From positions 1 through 52,032 of the IMG/VR virus record IMGVR_UViG_3300032320_001353: a stretch of DNA of 52,032 bases; one strand, given 5' to 3'. The notes under the pieces are model-generated. The model was not told the origin of the DNA. It did no database searches and worked only from the letters and a program-made list of their open reading frames with translations. Position numbers and translations under genes: made by a program. Positions 1 through 9,575 of the stretch are shown here, in pieces (the first letter of the stretch is position 1; each line of letters begins with the position of its first letter). Origin of the DNA: a virus. Lineage: Duplodnaviria > Caudoviricetes.

Positions 1-2230
1 CACCAACACTTTGTCTCTTGCCGCCTACGATGTGGACGGCGCAGCCTATACCAATCTAATCACTCTCACGGCAAGCAATACGCCGACATTGGCTCTTACA
101 TCTACGGGTGTAGGCACTATCAACAATATGTCGATTGGTGCTACCACAGCCTCTACTGGGGCGTTTACTACTCTGAGTGCATCGTCTACTGTCACTTTGT
201 CGGGCGGCACAATCAATGGTGTGGCCTATCTCAATGGCTCAAATGTGCTGACTACGGGTAGTGCGCTGACTTTTAACGGAACTGATTTTGCGACAACTGG
301 CAAAGTTGCATCTGGAACTACTGGGGCGGCAGGTCGATTTGATCTTGCAAGAGCAAGTGATGGAGGGGTTGTAGTCGCTCTTGGCTTGTCTGGCAACGAT
401 TTTTCTGCAAACAATGGTGCAGGCGGTAGTTATATATTTAATATTAACTCGTCAGAAACCTTGCGCCTAAACAGCACAAGCCTATACACCGCAAGCACAA
501 TCAATGTGGGTATTGGGACAAGTTCGCCTGCTTATAAGCTGGATGTTACAGGGACAATTAACTCGGGGGCATCAACTGCTACGGGCTACAACCTTGTTTT
601 TCGAACTAGCGGTGTTACAACTGGTCGAGTACAGACGGCAATAACCAATACTTCTGGAGATTTTTATACGGGAATTGAGGGGTCAACTGCCGGACAAACA
701 TTAACAGGTAGTGCGGCTTACTCTGCTTTTGCAGGAACATTTACTGCAAATCCTTTGTACCTTGTAACAAATGGAATAATCAGAACCACCATTGACTCCA
801 GCGGTAACTTGGGTATTGGGACAAGTTCAATAGATGAAAGATTGTGTGTTGTAAATACTGGCACATTTGCGGCAGTGCGTGTTTCTAATGGGACAAACAG
901 TTCTTACTTTGGATACGCTAATGCTGATACAAATTACAACTCTGACGCAAAAGCAGGGGACGCAATTATTCGAGGGTTTAATGGTGTTTCTATTGCGGGG
1001 GGCGGTGGCGCTGGCGGTATGCGCCTCGACTCCAGCGGTAACTTGGGATTGGGTGTTACGCCTAGTGTTTGGAACACAATTAAACCTATTGAGATTGCAC
1101 GCGCTGGAAGTTTTGTTGGTGCTAACTCTAGCGGAAGTACATATCTTGGTGCAAACACAAGATTTGCGTCTAATTGGATATACGCAAATAATGGCCCATC
1201 TGGTCTTTATACGATAGAAGATAACACGCACTTTTGGCGCACAGCCCCGTCTGGCACGGCAGGCAACGCCATTTCCTTCACCCAAGCAATGACCCTTGAT
1301 GCAAGCGGTAACTTGGTTGTTGGGGATACATCTACTGCAAGACGCTTCAAAACTCAATTTGATTCAAACACTGTGTATTCAGCAGCAGATTTTGAAACAA
1401 CATCCCTTCAATGCTACATAAGAAACGCCAGTTCAACTATTGGAGCCTACACTGGAATTCAATTTGCAGTAGGAAACAACGGAGATGCGGCAATCTCGGC
1501 GATACGCACTGCTGATGGAGAATCAGCATTGGCTTTTGGAACTCGTGGTGGTGGTTCTAGATTAGAACGCGCCCGTATCGACTCCAGCGGTAACTTGCTG
1601 GTTAAATGGACGGCATACAACGGCGCATCAAATACTGCTGGTGCTGGTATAAACCCTGTTGGTCAAATCGCCGTAGAGCGTGATGGTGGCATTGCGGGTG
1701 TTTTTAACAGATTTAGCTCAGACGGACAACTTTTAGTATTCCGTAGACAAGGAACTACTGTTGGCTCCATTGATGTAACAACCACAGGTGTAACTCTAAC
1801 AGGTACAAACGGCATCACATTTACTGCGGCCCAAACAGCCTCCGCTGACGTAAACACGCTAGATGATTATGAGGAGGGGACTTGGACGCCTATTGATTCT
1901 TCTGGAGCAGGACTATCTTTTACTATTATTGGAACAAGTACTTATACAAAAATTGGTCGGCAGGTAATTTGTCGTGCTGGATTAACTTATCCAACAACTG
2001 CATCTGGAAGCAATGCAGTTATAGGGGGTTTGCCTTTTGGAACTGGAAGTAATGGGCCAGCATCTGGGCAAATGTTTGTATCCGCCACCAATGCTGCGGT
2101 AACAATTCAAGGGGGGTATGTTCCAAGTGCAAGCACTTTGGTAACCTTGGCTGGCCCCACTGGTGGTCTAGTATCAAATGCAAGTATGTCCGCTGCAATT
2201 GTTTACTTTACCGTTATTTATTCTACGTAA
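1..2230 (+). CDS. Tail fibre protein (5'-truncated by window edge)
   Basis: Open from the window start. Gly/Ser/Thr-rich, with repeated R-x-D-S-S-G-N-L-G-I-G modules and a C-terminal LDDYEEGTWTP...YTKIGRQV domain typical of phage fibres. Confidence 0.85.
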   Translation, partial: TNTLSLAAYDVDGAAYTNLITLTASNTPTLALTSTGVGTINNMSIGATTASTGAFTTLSASSTVTLSGGTINGVAYLNGSNVLTTGSALTFNGTDFATTGKVASGTTGAAGRFDLARASDGGVVVALGLSGNDFSANNGAGGSYIFNINSSETLRLNSTSLYTASTINVGIGTSSPAYKLDVTGTINSGASTATGYNLVFRTSGVTTGRVQTAITNTSGDFYTGIEGSTAGQTLTGSAAYSAFAGTFTANPLYLVTNGIIRTTIDSSGNLGIGTSSIDERLCVVNTGTFAAVRVSNGTNSSYFGYANADTNYNSDAKAGDAIIRGFNGVSIAGGGGAGGMRLDSSGNLGLGVTPSVWNTIKPIEIARAGSFVGANSSGSTYLGANTRFASNWIYANNGPSGLYTIEDNTHFWRTAPSGTAGNAISFTQAMTLDASGNLVVGDTSTARRFKTQFDSNTVYSAADFETTSLQCYIRNASSTIGAYTGIQFAVGNNGDAAISAIRTADGESALAFGTRGGGSRLERARIDSSGNLLVKWTAYNGASNTAGAGINPVGQIAVERDGGIAGVFNRFSSDGQLLVFRRQGTTVGSIDVTTTGVTLTGTNGITFTAAQTASADVNTLDDYEEGTWTPIDSSGAGLSFTIIGTSTYTKIGRQVICRAGLTYPTTASGSNAVIGGLPFGTGSNGPASGQMFVSATNAAVTIQGGYVPSASTLVTLAGPTGGLVSNASMSAAIVYFTVIYST
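794..1597 (+). repeat. Dispersed repeat GACTCCAGCGGTAACTTG (794, 1028, 1580) within the tail fibre gene
   Basis: Three exact 18-nt copies. TGGGTATTGGGACAAGTTC also occurs at 507 and 810. Confidence 0.9.
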
Positions 2231-2239
2231 GGAAAAACC

Positions 2240-2509
2240 ATGTCAATCACCAAAGAAACCACTGTCGATCAAATCACCGTCACCGAAAACGGCATCGTTC
2301 TCTACCGTGAAGCTACACGCATCATGGAGGATGGAAATGAACTGAGTAAAACCTACCATCGATCAAGCCTCACGCCGGGTCAAGACTTGACGGGCATCCC
2401 TGCCAATGTCGTTGCTCATTGCAATTTAGCTTGGACTGCTGAAGTCATTGCGGCTTATCAAGCACAAGTGGCGGCTCAAGCGGCACAATTTCAAGGAGCA
2501 CCAGCATGA
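2240..2509 (+). CDS. Tail-fibre-associated small protein
   Basis: AAGGA SD; directly follows the fibre gene; 89 aa. Confidence 0.7.
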   Translation: MSITKETTVDQITVTENGIVLYREATRIMEDGNELSKTYHRSSLTPGQDLTGIPANVVAHCNLAWTAEVIAAYQAQVAAQAAQFQGAPA

Positions 2510-2838
2510 GTACCATAGTCTGGAATGTGTCGGCAATGAACTGTTACCCGCAAGCTGAAGGGGAGACAGATGTTGTATTTGTAGTTCACTGGCAGTGCAA
2601 CGGCACACAAGAGCAAGATGGCAAGACCTACAACGGCTCTGTCTACAGCACTTGTGGCGTGACCTACACCGCTGGAGCGCCTTACACCCCGTATGCTGAC
2701 CTCACCCAAGAACAAGTGCTTGGCTGGGTTTGGGCATCAGGCGTGGACAAGGACGCTACAGAGGCGGCTGTCCAGCAACAGATCGACAACACCATCAACC
2801 CACCCGTGGTGACACCGCCACTGCCTTGGAGCGCCTAA
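2506..2838 (+). CDS. Tail-fibre-associated / assembly protein
   Basis: ATGA overlap. The VVHW...PYADLT...VLGWV...LPW pattern is common downstream of phage fibres. Confidence 0.7.
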   Translation: MSTIVWNVSAMNCYPQAEGETDVVFVVHWQCNGTQEQDGKTYNGSVYSTCGVTYTAGAPYTPYADLTQEQVLGWVWASGVDKDATEAAVQQQIDNTINPPVVTPPLPWSA

Positions 2839-3044
2839 TGTCTGACATAGACCCAATAGCTTATGGAGTTTTGACCGCTAAGGTTGAGGCTATGGAAAAG
2901 AAAATAGATAAGCTTGAACAATCTATTGAACAGCTTCTTGCTTTGGCTAATCAAAGCAAAGGCGGCCTATGGATAGGAATGGCTATCATATCGGCTATTA
3001 GTTCTGCTATGGGCTTTCTCAGCCATTACTTTGTCAGAGGCTAA
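2838..3044 (+). CDS. Small coiled-coil protein with C-terminal TM helix (lysis region)
   Basis: TAATG overlap gives start 2838 (MSDIDPIAYG); hydrophobic C-terminus. Confidence 0.7.
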   Translation: MSDIDPIAYGVLTAKVEAMEKKIDKLEQSIEQLLALANQSKGGLWIGMAIISAISSAMGFLSHYFVRG

Positions 3045-3047
3045 GCC

Positions 3048-3785
3048 ATTGATCCCCTTACAATATTGGCAATGGCGAATGGCTGTGTCGCAGCTATCCG
3101 CAAAGGTTGTGAGTTATATGGGCAAGTTAAGGGAACAGTTGCAGAGGCTAAGAAAACTGTTGCCGATGTTCAAAAAACTGTTAACGATGTTAAAAACATT
3201 GCCTCTGAGGTTGGTGGTTTCTTTGGATGGTTTAAGAAGAAGCCTAAGCCTAGTGAGGCCCAAGCTGTTGAGCAAGTTGCACAGCCTGCTGCAAAAAAGA
3301 AACAAGAACCTGTAGTATGGGATGAGAACGCAGTTGTTGCAGAGCTTGCTAAAAATTTAGGTGAGTTTTTTAAACTGGAAGAACAGCTTGCTGCTCACAT
3401 AAGAGAAGAAGAGGCTAAGTCTAAAAGTGTTTATGACCCAAGCCAAAACATTATGCAGGCTGCTCTCAACAGGGAATTGGCAAAGACACAGCTTGAAAAG
3501 CTAGGTAGTGAGATAAGACGCATTATGGTGTATGAGTCGCCTAAAGAACTAGGCAACTTATATACCAGAGTTAATCAGATGCGTGTAATTATTATAGAAG
3601 AACAGGAGCAGGCTAGACTAGCGCAGGAAAAGAAAGAGCGTGAAATAGAATGGCAACGCAGAAAAGTAATAAACGCAATACAGGACAAAGCCATCTACGG
3701 AGCAGCGATCTTGTTCTTCGTTCTCTACCTAATACTGTTCTTCAGTCTGCTAGTGATGGACAGGAAAACAAGATGGGGTTTTTAG
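3048..3785 (+). CDS. Coiled-coil membrane-anchored hypothetical protein (start uncertain: ATT 3048, TTG 3066 or ATG 3072)
   Basis: 239-aa ORF with a C-terminal TM segment; in-frame IDPLTILAMAN lies upstream of the called start. Confidence 0.7.
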   Translation: MDPLTILAMANGCVAAIRKGCELYGQVKGTVAEAKKTVADVQKTVNDVKNIASEVGGFFGWFKKKPKPSEAQAVEQVAQPAAKKKQEPVVWDENAVVAELAKNLGEFFKLEEQLAAHIREEEAKSKSVYDPSQNIMQAALNRELAKTQLEKLGSEIRRIMVYESPKELGNLYTRVNQMRVIIIEEQEQARLAQEKKEREIEWQRRKVINAIQDKAIYGAAILFFVLYLILFFSLLVMDRKTRWGF

Positions 3786-3946
3786 TTGCTCTTATCTCTA
3801 TGGTGCTGGTGTTTGTCTTGATGCTTCCTTTAATGGGCATCATGTATTTCGACATACTCACAGCTAAGAAAGAAACAAAAGACGAAGTTGAGAAAAGTAA
3901 AAAGCTTCGCAAACAACTTGAAGAAAGCATGAACAAAAATGAATGA
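3773..3946 (+). CDS. Small membrane protein (lysis region)
   Basis: MGFLVALISMVLVFVLMLPLMGIMY forms an N-terminal TM helix followed by a charged tail; overlaps both neighbours. Confidence 0.6.
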   Translation: MGFLVALISMVLVFVLMLPLMGIMYFDILTAKKETKDEVEKSKKLRKQLEESMNKNE

Positions 3947-4436
3947 TTTTTTAGCTGGCTTGTTAAAGAATGTAGCCCCCGGCTTAGCCACTGTTGTTGC
4001 TGGCCCATTAGGGGGCATGGCTGTTAAAGCTATGGCTGATAGGCTGGGTGTGTCCGACACTGTTGAAGCAGTGACACAGGCCATTCAAGCAGATCCAGAA
4101 GCTGCTATGAAGCTTGCTGAAATAGATCTCAAGCAGTTCCAACTGGAGAATGAAGACAGGGCTAGTGCCCGTCATATGCAAGAGGTGGCTTTGCAACAAG
4201 ATAGCTGGTTTGCTAAAAACTTTCTTTATCTGTTTACCTCTGTGTGGTCAGTGTTTGCCATGACCTTCTTCTCTCTGGCTTCTTTCTACACCATCCCAGA
4301 AGCCAACACTCGTATTGTTGACACCATCATTGGTGTGTTAATTGGTACAGTGCTCACAGGTTTCTTTAACTTCTTCTTTGGTAGTTCCAAAGGTAGCAAG
4401 GACAAGACAGATGCTTTGGTCAAGGGTGTTAAATAA
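3939..4436 (+). CDS. Putative holin
   Basis: VAPGLATVVAGPLGG N-terminus, DRASAR, two TM helices and FFFGSSKGS; immediately upstream of the endolysin. Confidence 0.65.
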   Translation: MNDFLAGLLKNVAPGLATVVAGPLGGMAVKAMADRLGVSDTVEAVTQAIQADPEAAMKLAEIDLKQFQLENEDRASARHMQEVALQQDSWFAKNFLYLFTSVWSVFAMTFFSLASFYTIPEANTRIVDTIIGVLIGTVLTGFFNFFFGSSKGSKDKTDALVKGVK

Positions 4437-4900
4437 TGCAACTAACAGAAAACTTCTCATTGTCTGAATTGGTAAAGAGTGAGACAGCCCTGCGTAAGGG
4501 CTTGGACAACACCCCCACACCAGAAGTGATTGCTTCTTTGCAGGTGCTGGCTGAAAAAGTGTTGCAGCCTATTCGTGAACACTTTGATAGAGTTGTTAAA
4601 ATTAACAGTGGCTATCGTGCTCCTGAGGTGAATGCCTCAGTGGGTGGTAGCAAGACCAGTGACCATTGCAAAGGCCAAGCTGCTGATATTGAAATAGTTG
4701 GTGTGGCTAATGGTGACTTGGCTAAATGGATTACTGAGAATATGAAGTTCACTCAAGTGATTTTAGAATTCTATACTCAGGGAGTTCCTGACAGCGGGTG
4801 GGTGCATGTGTCTTATGACCCAGCCAATTTAAAAGGACAGGCATTGACAGCAGTTAAGCGAGATGGTAAGACAGTGTATCTGCCGGGACTTGTTGTATAA
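4436..4900 (+). CDS. Endolysin, peptidase M15A family
   Basis: NFSLSEL, SGYR, SDHCKGQAADI (H-x6-D) and WVHVS Zn-peptidase motifs. Confidence 0.9.
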   Translation: MQLTENFSLSELVKSETALRKGLDNTPTPEVIASLQVLAEKVLQPIREHFDRVVKINSGYRAPEVNASVGGSKTSDHCKGQAADIEIVGVANGDLAKWITENMKFTQVILEFYTQGVPDSGWVHVSYDPANLKGQALTAVKRDGKTVYLPGLVV

Positions 4901-4910
4901 GAGATATAAT

Positions 4911-5210
4911 ATGACAATGCCCTCATCTGTTGCCATACTTGGGAGAAACTATGAGATAGCTCTCAAAGACTACATCGAGGGCGACTTGTTAGGGCAGTGT
5001 GATAGTGATGCTTTGAAGATAACAATAAAGAAAGATCAGCCTGAGATATTAGAGGCCGACACTTTGTTACATGAAATATTACATGCCATTGATGATGCGA
5101 TGCAAACAAAGATGAAAGAAAGACAAGTACATTGTACAGCAACAGGAATAATAGCCTTGTTAAAAGACAACCCAGACTTTGTAAAATATATGTTTAAGGC
5201 GGTTAAATAA
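4911..5210 (+). CDS. Small HExxH metallopeptidase-like protein
   Basis: TLLHEILHAI followed by a downstream E; ATG at 4911. Confidence 0.65.
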   Translation: MTMPSSVAILGRNYEIALKDYIEGDLLGQCDSDALKITIKKDQPEILEADTLLHEILHAIDDAMQTKMKERQVHCTATGIIALLKDNPDFVKYMFKAVK

Positions 5211-7342
5211 TGAAAGAAACCTTCACTGCTACACAGAGAGAGATTGTGGCTAGAAAGATGGGCTATGAGGGGCCAATGCAGGGGTTCGATGAATTTCTGA
5301 TGTCCACCCCATCTCAGGCACAACGCTATTCCGACATCACCACTAAGTTTAGTCAGAAGATGGCTAGGGGTGGTGTTGTCAGGCGTTATGCTGCTGGTGG
5401 ATATACTGGTTCAGCAGAGCCAAATAAAGACATTATGCAAATGATTGTTGGTCTTAAGCCAACAGATATGTCTTATGATATTAATGGTGATGGTGAAGTA
5501 AATTTAACTGACTCTATTGGTTATAGTAAAGCAATGGCAGGACAAACTAATCTTGGTTTTACTCCTAGTAAAGATTCTAACTTCTCTGCTTATACAACTT
5601 ATGCAGCAGACCAAAAGAAGATTGCTGATGCTGCTAAAGCTGGAACAACCACTGTTGACACTAACATAGTTAATCCTACACAAGCAGGAGATACATTGGC
5701 TGGTGGGCCTGAGATGCCTAAATACACTGCTGTAGTTGCAAAGGAAACAGCAGTTACATCAGGCATGGCAGGTGCGGCTGATAAGGCAGCAGGGACAGCA
5801 ACAACTGGAACTGCTAGTAAAGTAGCAGATGCAGATGTTACGGGAGTGACTGCTCCTAATAAAGTGGTTGCTACAACAATAGCACCTGATGCGGCACAAA
5901 CTAAAGTAGAGACACAGTTAAAAAATCTGACAGCAGAGCAAGGAACTGTTTCTGATAAGGCACAAGTAACTGCCGCACAACAAGAGCCAACCACAACTGC
6001 TGTGGCTGGGGTTAAAGCTGCTCAAGCAGGAGCTGCGAAGGTGGTTGCACCAGCACAAAGAACTTTGCAAGAAGGTGAACTTGTTTCTGGTAGCACTGTT
6101 GACATGGCTAGAGTGGAAGACACACTAGCTAAAGCTCAAGCAGCAGAAGGCACTGTAACTGAAGAGATGACCGCACAAGGTCAGCTTAATAAACTGCTCA
6201 CAGATTTTGATGCTAAGACCCCTCCTCCTTGGGCTGCTGCTTCTATCAGGGCTGTCACAGCACAGCTTGCTGCCAGAGGCTTAGGTGCTAGTAGCTTGGC
6301 TGGACAGGCTGTCATTCAAGCCACATTGGAAGCTGGTGTACCAATTGCACAAGCTGATGCTAAAGTGTTTGCAGAGATGGGTCTTAGAAATCTTTCTAAT
6401 AGACAGCAAACAGCAATTCTTGTTGCTCAACAAAGAGCAGATTTTCTTAAGCAAGATTTTGATGATGCATTCAAAGCTAAAGTATTGAATGCTGCTAAAA
6501 TATCTGACATTGCAAATAAAAACTTTGATGCTGAAACAACCATTGCATTAGAGAATGCACGGCTTGCTAACAGTATAAACATTGCCAATCTATCAGCAGA
6601 CAATGCTGTGGTGTTGGCTAAGATGACTCAGATGGCATCGTTAGAAACAACCAATCTTAATAATAGACAACTGGCTGCTGTTCAAAATGCAAAAGCATTC
6701 TTAGAGATGGATGTTAAAAATCTAGAATTGAAGCAGCAGACAAATATATTTAAGACACAAAAAATAACAGACTCCATTGTTAGTGATACAGCAGCAGCTA
6801 ATGCTGCTAAAGCAGTCAATGCCACCAATGCTTTGGAGGCAGATAAGATTAATGCTACATTAGCTTTGACAGCAGATCAATATAATGCTGCTGAGAGAAA
6901 CAAAATTAAAGTTGCTAATATGAATGCGGCTAATGAGCTTATAAAGTTTAATGCTCAAGAGCAAAATAACAGGGAAGAGTTTAATTCTAGATTGGTTAGT
7001 GAAATTAATATAGCCAATGCAAAGATATTGGCAGATGTTTCAACAGCTAATACAAGAGAAGTCAATGCTGCTAATGCTGTGAATGCAAAGAATGCAACAG
7101 AATTATCTGGTGTTGCTTATACACAGTTGTCCCAAACCTATCGTGATAAATTAGAGATGTCGTGGAAGACAGGAGAGGCTGAGTTGACTAGGCTCATGGA
7201 ACTAGCGAGGGCTACAATTACAGCTAATGCTTCTGGCAATGCTGCTACAATTCAAGCTAATGCAAATGCTAATACATCAATTGGTAATTTGCTTGTAAAA
7301 GGATTAGACTTATGGGCACAGTCTGGATTTAAAGGCCTATAA
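5210..7342 (+). CDS. Internal virion (ejection) protein, Ala/Asn/Gln-rich
   Basis: 710 aa, helical composition, first of the large late genes. Contains MARGG and YAAGG tags and a DINGDGEVNLTD loop. Confidence 0.65.
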   Translation: MKETFTATQREIVARKMGYEGPMQGFDEFLMSTPSQAQRYSDITTKFSQKMARGGVVRRYAAGGYTGSAEPNKDIMQMIVGLKPTDMSYDINGDGEVNLTDSIGYSKAMAGQTNLGFTPSKDSNFSAYTTYAADQKKIADAAKAGTTTVDTNIVNPTQAGDTLAGGPEMPKYTAVVAKETAVTSGMAGAADKAAGTATTGTASKVADADVTGVTAPNKVVATTIAPDAAQTKVETQLKNLTAEQGTVSDKAQVTAAQQEPTTTAVAGVKAAQAGAAKVVAPAQRTLQEGELVSGSTVDMARVEDTLAKAQAAEGTVTEEMTAQGQLNKLLTDFDAKTPPPWAAASIRAVTAQLAARGLGASSLAGQAVIQATLEAGVPIAQADAKVFAEMGLRNLSNRQQTAILVAQQRADFLKQDFDDAFKAKVLNAAKISDIANKNFDAETTIALENARLANSINIANLSADNAVVLAKMTQMASLETTNLNNRQLAAVQNAKAFLEMDVKNLELKQQTNIFKTQKITDSIVSDTAAANAAKAVNATNALEADKINATLALTADQYNAAERNKIKVANMNAANELIKFNAQEQNNREEFNSRLVSEINIANAKILADVSTANTREVNAANAVNAKNATELSGVAYTQLSQTYRDKLEMSWKTGEAELTRLMELARATITANASGNAATIQANANANTSIGNLLVKGLDLWAQSGFKGL

Positions 7343-7351
7343 AGGAATGCA

Positions 7352-7570
7352 ATGAAACATATTAAAGTTTATTTGAATAAGGTAGAATCTATTTTAAAGA
7401 ATAGAAGCACAAAAGAAACAAAGCCTACAAAGAAAGCGGAAGGCTTTCTACAACCAATGAATAAACAAGAAGACATTTCTCCTAAGAAGAAAGATGATTT
7501 AGAAATCATTGCAGATTTTGTTCAGGGTATTCGTGATTCTAAAAAAGAGGTATTAAATGGAAAAAAATAA
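7352..7570 (+). CDS. Hypothetical protein
   Basis: AAGGA SD; 72 aa; overlaps the next gene. Confidence 0.65.
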   Translation: MKHIKVYLNKVESILKNRSTKETKPTKKAEGFLQPMNKQEDISPKKKDDLEIIADFVQGIRDSKKEVLNGKK

Positions 7571-8066
7571 AACATCTCCATTTGATGTAATTACACCAAC
7601 ACCGCCGGGAATTTCTTGGACGGCCCCAGAAAAAAGCCGCCCTTGGTTGCAACCACCAAAACTCACTAAAGTATATGATGTTGCTTCTAATTATGTTTCG
7701 TTGCTGTCTTCAAAAGAAATTGGTAATGAACTTTTAGATTCTCTAGAAACTGGTGTTCCTATTGCTGTCATTGCTGAATCATTAATGCTTGGTGCTGTAC
7801 ATCAAGGAGCACATACTATTGATGCTGGTATATTGGTAATGCCTGTCATTATCGAAATGCTACAAACAATTGCTGATTTTAACGATATTAAAGTTGTTAC
7901 TTTTCCAGAAGACTACGATAAAGAAAGCAATGTACCAGACAGAATAGCAAAGAGTGTAGTTAATAAACTAAACGAAAAGAAACAAGAGAAAGTAAATGAG
8001 CCAGTGGACAAAGAAACAACAGGCTTCATTTCTAAAAAAATAAAAGAGGTGTCTAATGCAACTTAA
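7557..8066 (+). CDS. Hypothetical virion-associated protein
   Basis: GAGG SD; PGISWT...RPWLQPP; lies in the internal-protein cluster. Confidence 0.7.
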   Translation: MEKNKTSPFDVITPTPPGISWTAPEKSRPWLQPPKLTKVYDVASNYVSLLSSKEIGNELLDSLETGVPIAVIAESLMLGAVHQGAHTIDAGILVMPVIIEMLQTIADFNDIKVVTFPEDYDKESNVPDRIAKSVVNKLNEKKQEKVNEPVDKETTGFISKKIKEVSNAT

Positions 8067-9567
8067 TTTACTTCACATCTTAGGTGGAGCAGCAGACCAA
8101 GCAGTTAAGTCTATTGAGCAAGAAGAAAAAGATGCTAGGGTAATTGCTGCTAATCAAGTTAAGAATCTGTATGAAAACTACATGGCTCTTAAAAATGATA
8201 ATACAGAACTAGAAAACAAACTTAAGAATAATTTGTCTATTGTTAAATCTGCTTATGGTACAGATTTGTCTGAGGCTCAGTTAGTAGACTTGGCTAAAAA
8301 CCCAATGGCTGTTAAAGTTATTACAGATGGCATATCTGCTGGTACTTTTAAGAAAGAGTTTATTACTCCAGCAGTATTGAGTGACATCACTTCTAATAAT
8401 CCCACAAGCAGGGGCGCTGCTGATAGTATTAGCGACATGCTTAAGATACCTCCTATGGCTGCTGCTGCTGTTTCTATGTATCAATCCAAAGGATTGTTCA
8501 GTGCCGCTGGAGATAATGCTGCTAGAAAGACTGCTGAAAGAACAGCAGCCCAGTATGGTATTCCATTAGAACAATTGCAAGGGGCTGTTGGATATAAGCG
8601 CCCAACTTTGGAATCTAAAGCAACTGTTAATTTAGAAGCAATGCAGGGGCCAAAGACTTTTGATAAGATGAAAGATGAGGCAATGCGAGAACTGCTTGCT
8701 GCACAGCAAAGCAAAGACGAACCAAGGATTACGGCAGCGGTTGAAAAAGCCACTCAAGTGAGGTTGACAGAAGACTTGTTCTCAGCAGCAGGAAAGAGAA
8801 CAGAAGCAGATATTCGTTCTGACTTAGCTAATAAAATTATTATAGCTGATAAAAAAGGATTGGATAAAGAAGTTGCTCTCCTTAAAACTGAACTTGAATA
8901 TAGAAAAACTTTATTGGATAAAGAAGAAAAAGATCCTAATAAGATTACTGCTGCCAACTACATGACTGCTGCAAGGAATGCTTTGGCATCAGCCATTATG
9001 GATAAGGTTCCTAAAGAAGCCTTCAATGTGGTAGAAAATCCAGATGGTAGTCAGCGAGTAGAATTGAAGACCTTCACTCATCAGAAGAAGTATGAAGAAG
9101 GCGTTAATATTGGAAGAGCCGCAGTTGTTAAAGAAATGACAAATGCAGAAGGCATGCCAAAAACAGAGATGCATAAACTTGCTATGTTGAATATTGGTAT
9201 TAGCTTTGATGCTAGTGGTAAAGCAATTGCAACCCCATATACCATACCAACAGCAACTAACACACCCGCTCCTTCCGCTAGTGGGTCTAGTGCTGCGCCT
9301 AGAGCAGGCACTGCTACACCTGCTGCGGCTCCTGCTCCCACTGGTGCTAGGGCTGTAACTGGTAAAGTTGGAGAGCCTGCTGCTCCTGTTGCTGCTCCCG
9401 CTACCGCTGCTGCTAGACCACCTGTTGCTCCCACTAAGCAAGTCACAATGGCTGAAGTTAATGCTTATTTAGCAAATAAGAATAAAAATCTTCCCCCTGA
9501 CAAACAGCTCACTGCTGCACAAGTAATAGCAGACTTGAAGAAAAATAACTATTCGGTTGTAGATTAA
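8056..9567 (+). CDS. Internal virion protein
   Basis: 503 aa, GAGG SD, Ala/Pro-rich C-terminal linker. Confidence 0.65.
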   Translation: MQLNLLHILGGAADQAVKSIEQEEKDARVIAANQVKNLYENYMALKNDNTELENKLKNNLSIVKSAYGTDLSEAQLVDLAKNPMAVKVITDGISAGTFKKEFITPAVLSDITSNNPTSRGAADSISDMLKIPPMAAAAVSMYQSKGLFSAAGDNAARKTAERTAAQYGIPLEQLQGAVGYKRPTLESKATVNLEAMQGPKTFDKMKDEAMRELLAAQQSKDEPRITAAVEKATQVRLTEDLFSAAGKRTEADIRSDLANKIIIADKKGLDKEVALLKTELEYRKTLLDKEEKDPNKITAANYMTAARNALASAIMDKVPKEAFNVVENPDGSQRVELKTFTHQKKYEEGVNIGRAAVVKEMTNAEGMPKTEMHKLAMLNIGISFDASGKAIATPYTIPTATNTPAPSASGSSAAPRAGTATPAAAPAPTGARAVTGKVGEPAAPVAAPATAAARPPVAPTKQVTMAEVNAYLANKNKNLPPDKQLTAAQVIADLKKNNYSVVD

Positions 9568-9575
9568 GGAACATC

